A stretch of DNA of 45,240 bases, taken from IMG/VR virus record IMGVR_UViG_3300045988_062454; one strand, 5' to 3'. A program made the position numbers and the translations under genes. The notes under the pieces are model-generated. The model saw only the letters and a list, made by a program, of their open reading frames with translations. It did not search any database and was not told the origin of the DNA. This document shows, piece after piece, positions 43,535 through 45,240 of this stretch. Source of the stretch: a virus. Positions within the stretch are counted from its first letter, which is position 1, and every line of letters begins with the position of its first letter.

Positions 43535-45240
43535 CCGCCGACACACCAGCGGAAGCAGACAACCCCTTGATTTTGGGAACAGCCTTACATACAGGCATTG
43601 AACGCAGCCTTGAAGAAGCACTTCACGAATATGCTTTCAGCTTCCCTATTATCACGGATGAACATATCCATGAAATGATAAAGCTTGAAACAGTGATTCC
43701 GCTTGCAAGGTCGGCAATTCCCAAAGGTGGAAAATTTGAGGTTGAGATCAAAGACGATGATTTCCACGGATTCATTGATTACCTTGTCCCTATGGGGTGG
43801 ATGCCAAAGGATGCTTATACAAACCCGTATGGGGAAAGCGTTGATATATTCGATATTTACGATTTCAAGTATTCAAACAATGTTTCCGGCTATAAGCAGT
43901 CCAACCAACTTCACCTGTACAAATATTTCTTTGAGCGGGACAACCCCGGAAAGAAAATCCGTGATATGTACCTTGTGTTTGTCCCAAAGGTATCTATCAA
44001 GCAGAAGAAAACTGAAACCTTGGTGGAATTCAGGCAACGCCTGAAAGGTGAATTGTCAAAGGTTGAAGTAAAAATTGTTCAAATTGGGTTCAATCCCAAA
44101 AAGGTGATTGATTTCCTGTTTGGAATAAAAGCGGTGAATGATGAAACAGAGTTCCCGCAGGCAAACAAAAGCTATCTTTGCCGTTTTTGTGAATTTCAAG
44201 ATTATTGTATGAAAGGATGGGATTACATGATTAAGTTGCCCGAAAACAAAAGAAGAAACCTTGAGGAAGTCAAGAAGCGTGTGCTTTGGATTTATGGTGT
44301 TCCGTTTTGCGGAAAAACCACCTTTGCAAACAGCTTTCCCGATCCGCTTATGCTGAACACGGATGGTAATATCAAGTTCGTTGATGCGCCTTTTGTCCGT
44401 ATCAGGGATGAAGTGAAGGTTGAGGGTAGGCAGACGAAAAGAACGCTTGCTTGGGATGTGTTTAAGGACACGATTTCCGAACTGGAAAAGAAGGAAAACA
44501 CTTTCAAAACGATTGTGGTTGACCTTCTGGAAGATTTGTATGAGCATTGCCGCCTGTATATGTATCAGCAGATGGGGATCACCCATGAATCGGACGATTC
44601 TTTCCGGGCATGGGACAAGGTAAGGGGTGAATTTCTGAATACCCTGAAACGCCTTATGAACCTTGATTATGAAAATATCATTCTGATTTCCCATGAGGAC
44701 ACCAGCAAGGATATTACCAAAAAGGGCGGCGATAAGATCACAGCCATTAAGCCGAATTTGCAGGATAAGGTTGCAAACAAGGTTGCCGGCATGGTGGATG
44801 TGGTTGCCCGTATCGTGGCAGATGGTGACACCCGCACATTTTCCTTCAAGTCGAATGAAGTTATTTTCGGCGGCGGGCGGCTTAGAGTTACCGCAAAGGA
44901 TATTCCCCTTGATGTGAACGCCTTGTTTGCGGTTTACGATGAAGCCAATAAAAACGCTGCTTCCGGGGTTGTTCCCGCATCTGAAACTACAAGTAGAGCC
45001 GCAAGACGGAAAAAGGCAGAGGAAGCCCCCGCAGCAGGCGCAGATAAGCCGCAGGACAGCCCCAAAGAGGAACAGACGGTAAGTGATACCCCCGAACAGG
45101 AAACGCCTGTAAATGAGCCGCAGGAAAGCGCAGACGATAAGCCGCCGTTTGATGAAGCTGGAACATGGACACCGGGCGGCGGTGAAGTGGATGATTCCGA
45201 TCCGCTCAAAGGAAATATGAATCCCCCGGAAGCACCTGAA
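43456..45240 (+). CDS. single open frame joining a Cas4-like PD-(D/E)XK nuclease (N-terminal) to an AAA_24/Sak4-like ATPase (C-terminal); it runs off the window and continues at 56..106
   Basis: This ORF is not in the track because it has no stop inside the window. TTG 43456 follows gaaagggg. The nuclease motifs are SSIDCFEKC, DDDFHGFIDYL, DIYDFKYS, QLHLY and CRFCEFQDYC (CX2CX5C). The ATPase has IYGVPFCGKTTFA (Walker A) and TIVVDLLEDL (Walker B). I translated every codon from 43456 to 45240 and found no stop. Confidence 0.7.
   Translation, partial: MRYSHSSIDCFEKCKFKYKMRYLDGITADTPAEADNPLILGTALHTGIERSLEEALHEYAFSFPIITDEHIHEMIKLETVIPLARSAIPKGGKFEVEIKDDDFHGFIDYLVPMGWMPKDAYTNPYGESVDIFDIYDFKYSNNVSGYKQSNQLHLYKYFFERDNPGKKIRDMYLVFVPKVSIKQKKTETLVEFRQRLKGELSKVEVKIVQIGFNPKKVIDFLFGIKAVNDETEFPQANKSYLCRFCEFQDYCMKGWDYMIKLPENKRRNLEEVKKRVLWIYGVPFCGKTTFANSFPDPLMLNTDGNIKFVDAPFVRIRDEVKVEGRQTKRTLAWDVFKDTISELEKKENTFKTIVVDLLEDLYEHCRLYMYQQMGITHESDDSFRAWDKVRGEFLNTLKRLMNLDYENIILISHEDTSKDITKKGGDKITAIKPNLQDKVANKVAGMVDVVARIVADGDTRTFSFKSNEVIFGGGRLRVTAKDIPLDVNALFAVYDEANKNAASGVVPASETTSRAARRKKAEEAPAAGADKPQDSPKEEQTVSDTPEQETPVNEPQESADDKPPFDEAGTWTPGGGEVDDSDPLKGNMNPPEAPE

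Noticed and set aside
1-45240. Search for tRNA, tmRNA and rRNA genes.
   Set aside because: I saw no cloverleaf-like segment or conserved T-loop/anticodon context in the intergenic gaps. A tRNAscan-type run is needed to exclude one formally.

Overview
This window is a complete genome of about 45.2 kb from a temperate, contractile-tailed, Firmicutes-type phage. It was assembled as a circle: bases 1..55 are identical to 45186..45240, and one ORF runs through that junction. Almost everything is on the + strand. The replication and recombination module spans 43121..4982 across the junction. It holds a VRR-NUC nuclease, a Cas4-like nuclease and AAA ATPase in one ORF, a DUF669-like protein, a family-B-like DNA polymerase and a prim-pol/SF3 primase-helicase. 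An accessory island at 5000..7650 holds an NPPY DNA methyltransferase, an HD hydrolase and an ADP-ribosylglycohydrolase. The late operon spans 7929..33914. It encodes a sigma-like regulator, terS, terL, an SPP1-type portal, MuF, scaffold, capsid, connectors, sheath, tube, a chaperone with a -1 frameshift, tape measure, an XkdP-to-XkdU-like baseplate, tail fibre, holin and an amidase endolysin. The lysogeny module spans 34105..36700: tyrosine integrase, a secreted or membrane moron and an XRE repressor on the - strand, plus a divergent-promoter switch. Early genes span 36701..43120 and include SprT-like, HTH, SNF2 and SLT proteins. The main finding is a diversity-generating retroelement inserted after the tail-fibre gene. 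The last ~140 bp of the fibre gene (VR) matches an untranslated template repeat (TR) 239 bp downstream, with mismatches almost only at TR adenines. A DGR-type reverse transcriptase follows, and I see no recognisable avd. Other observations are listed here.
- An (AG)9 tract separates the only usable start codons from the methyltransferase body.
- A MuF protein carries a C-terminal ADP-ribosyltransferase domain in the same genome as an ADP-ribosylglycohydrolase.
- A perfect 52-bp inverted repeat sits 28 kb apart in two regulatory gaps.
- An operator palindrome recurs 1.85 kb from the switch.
- A 180-nt gap folds into several helices.
- A coding 15-bp tandem repeat is present.
All family names come from motif recognition by eye. 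No database search was run.
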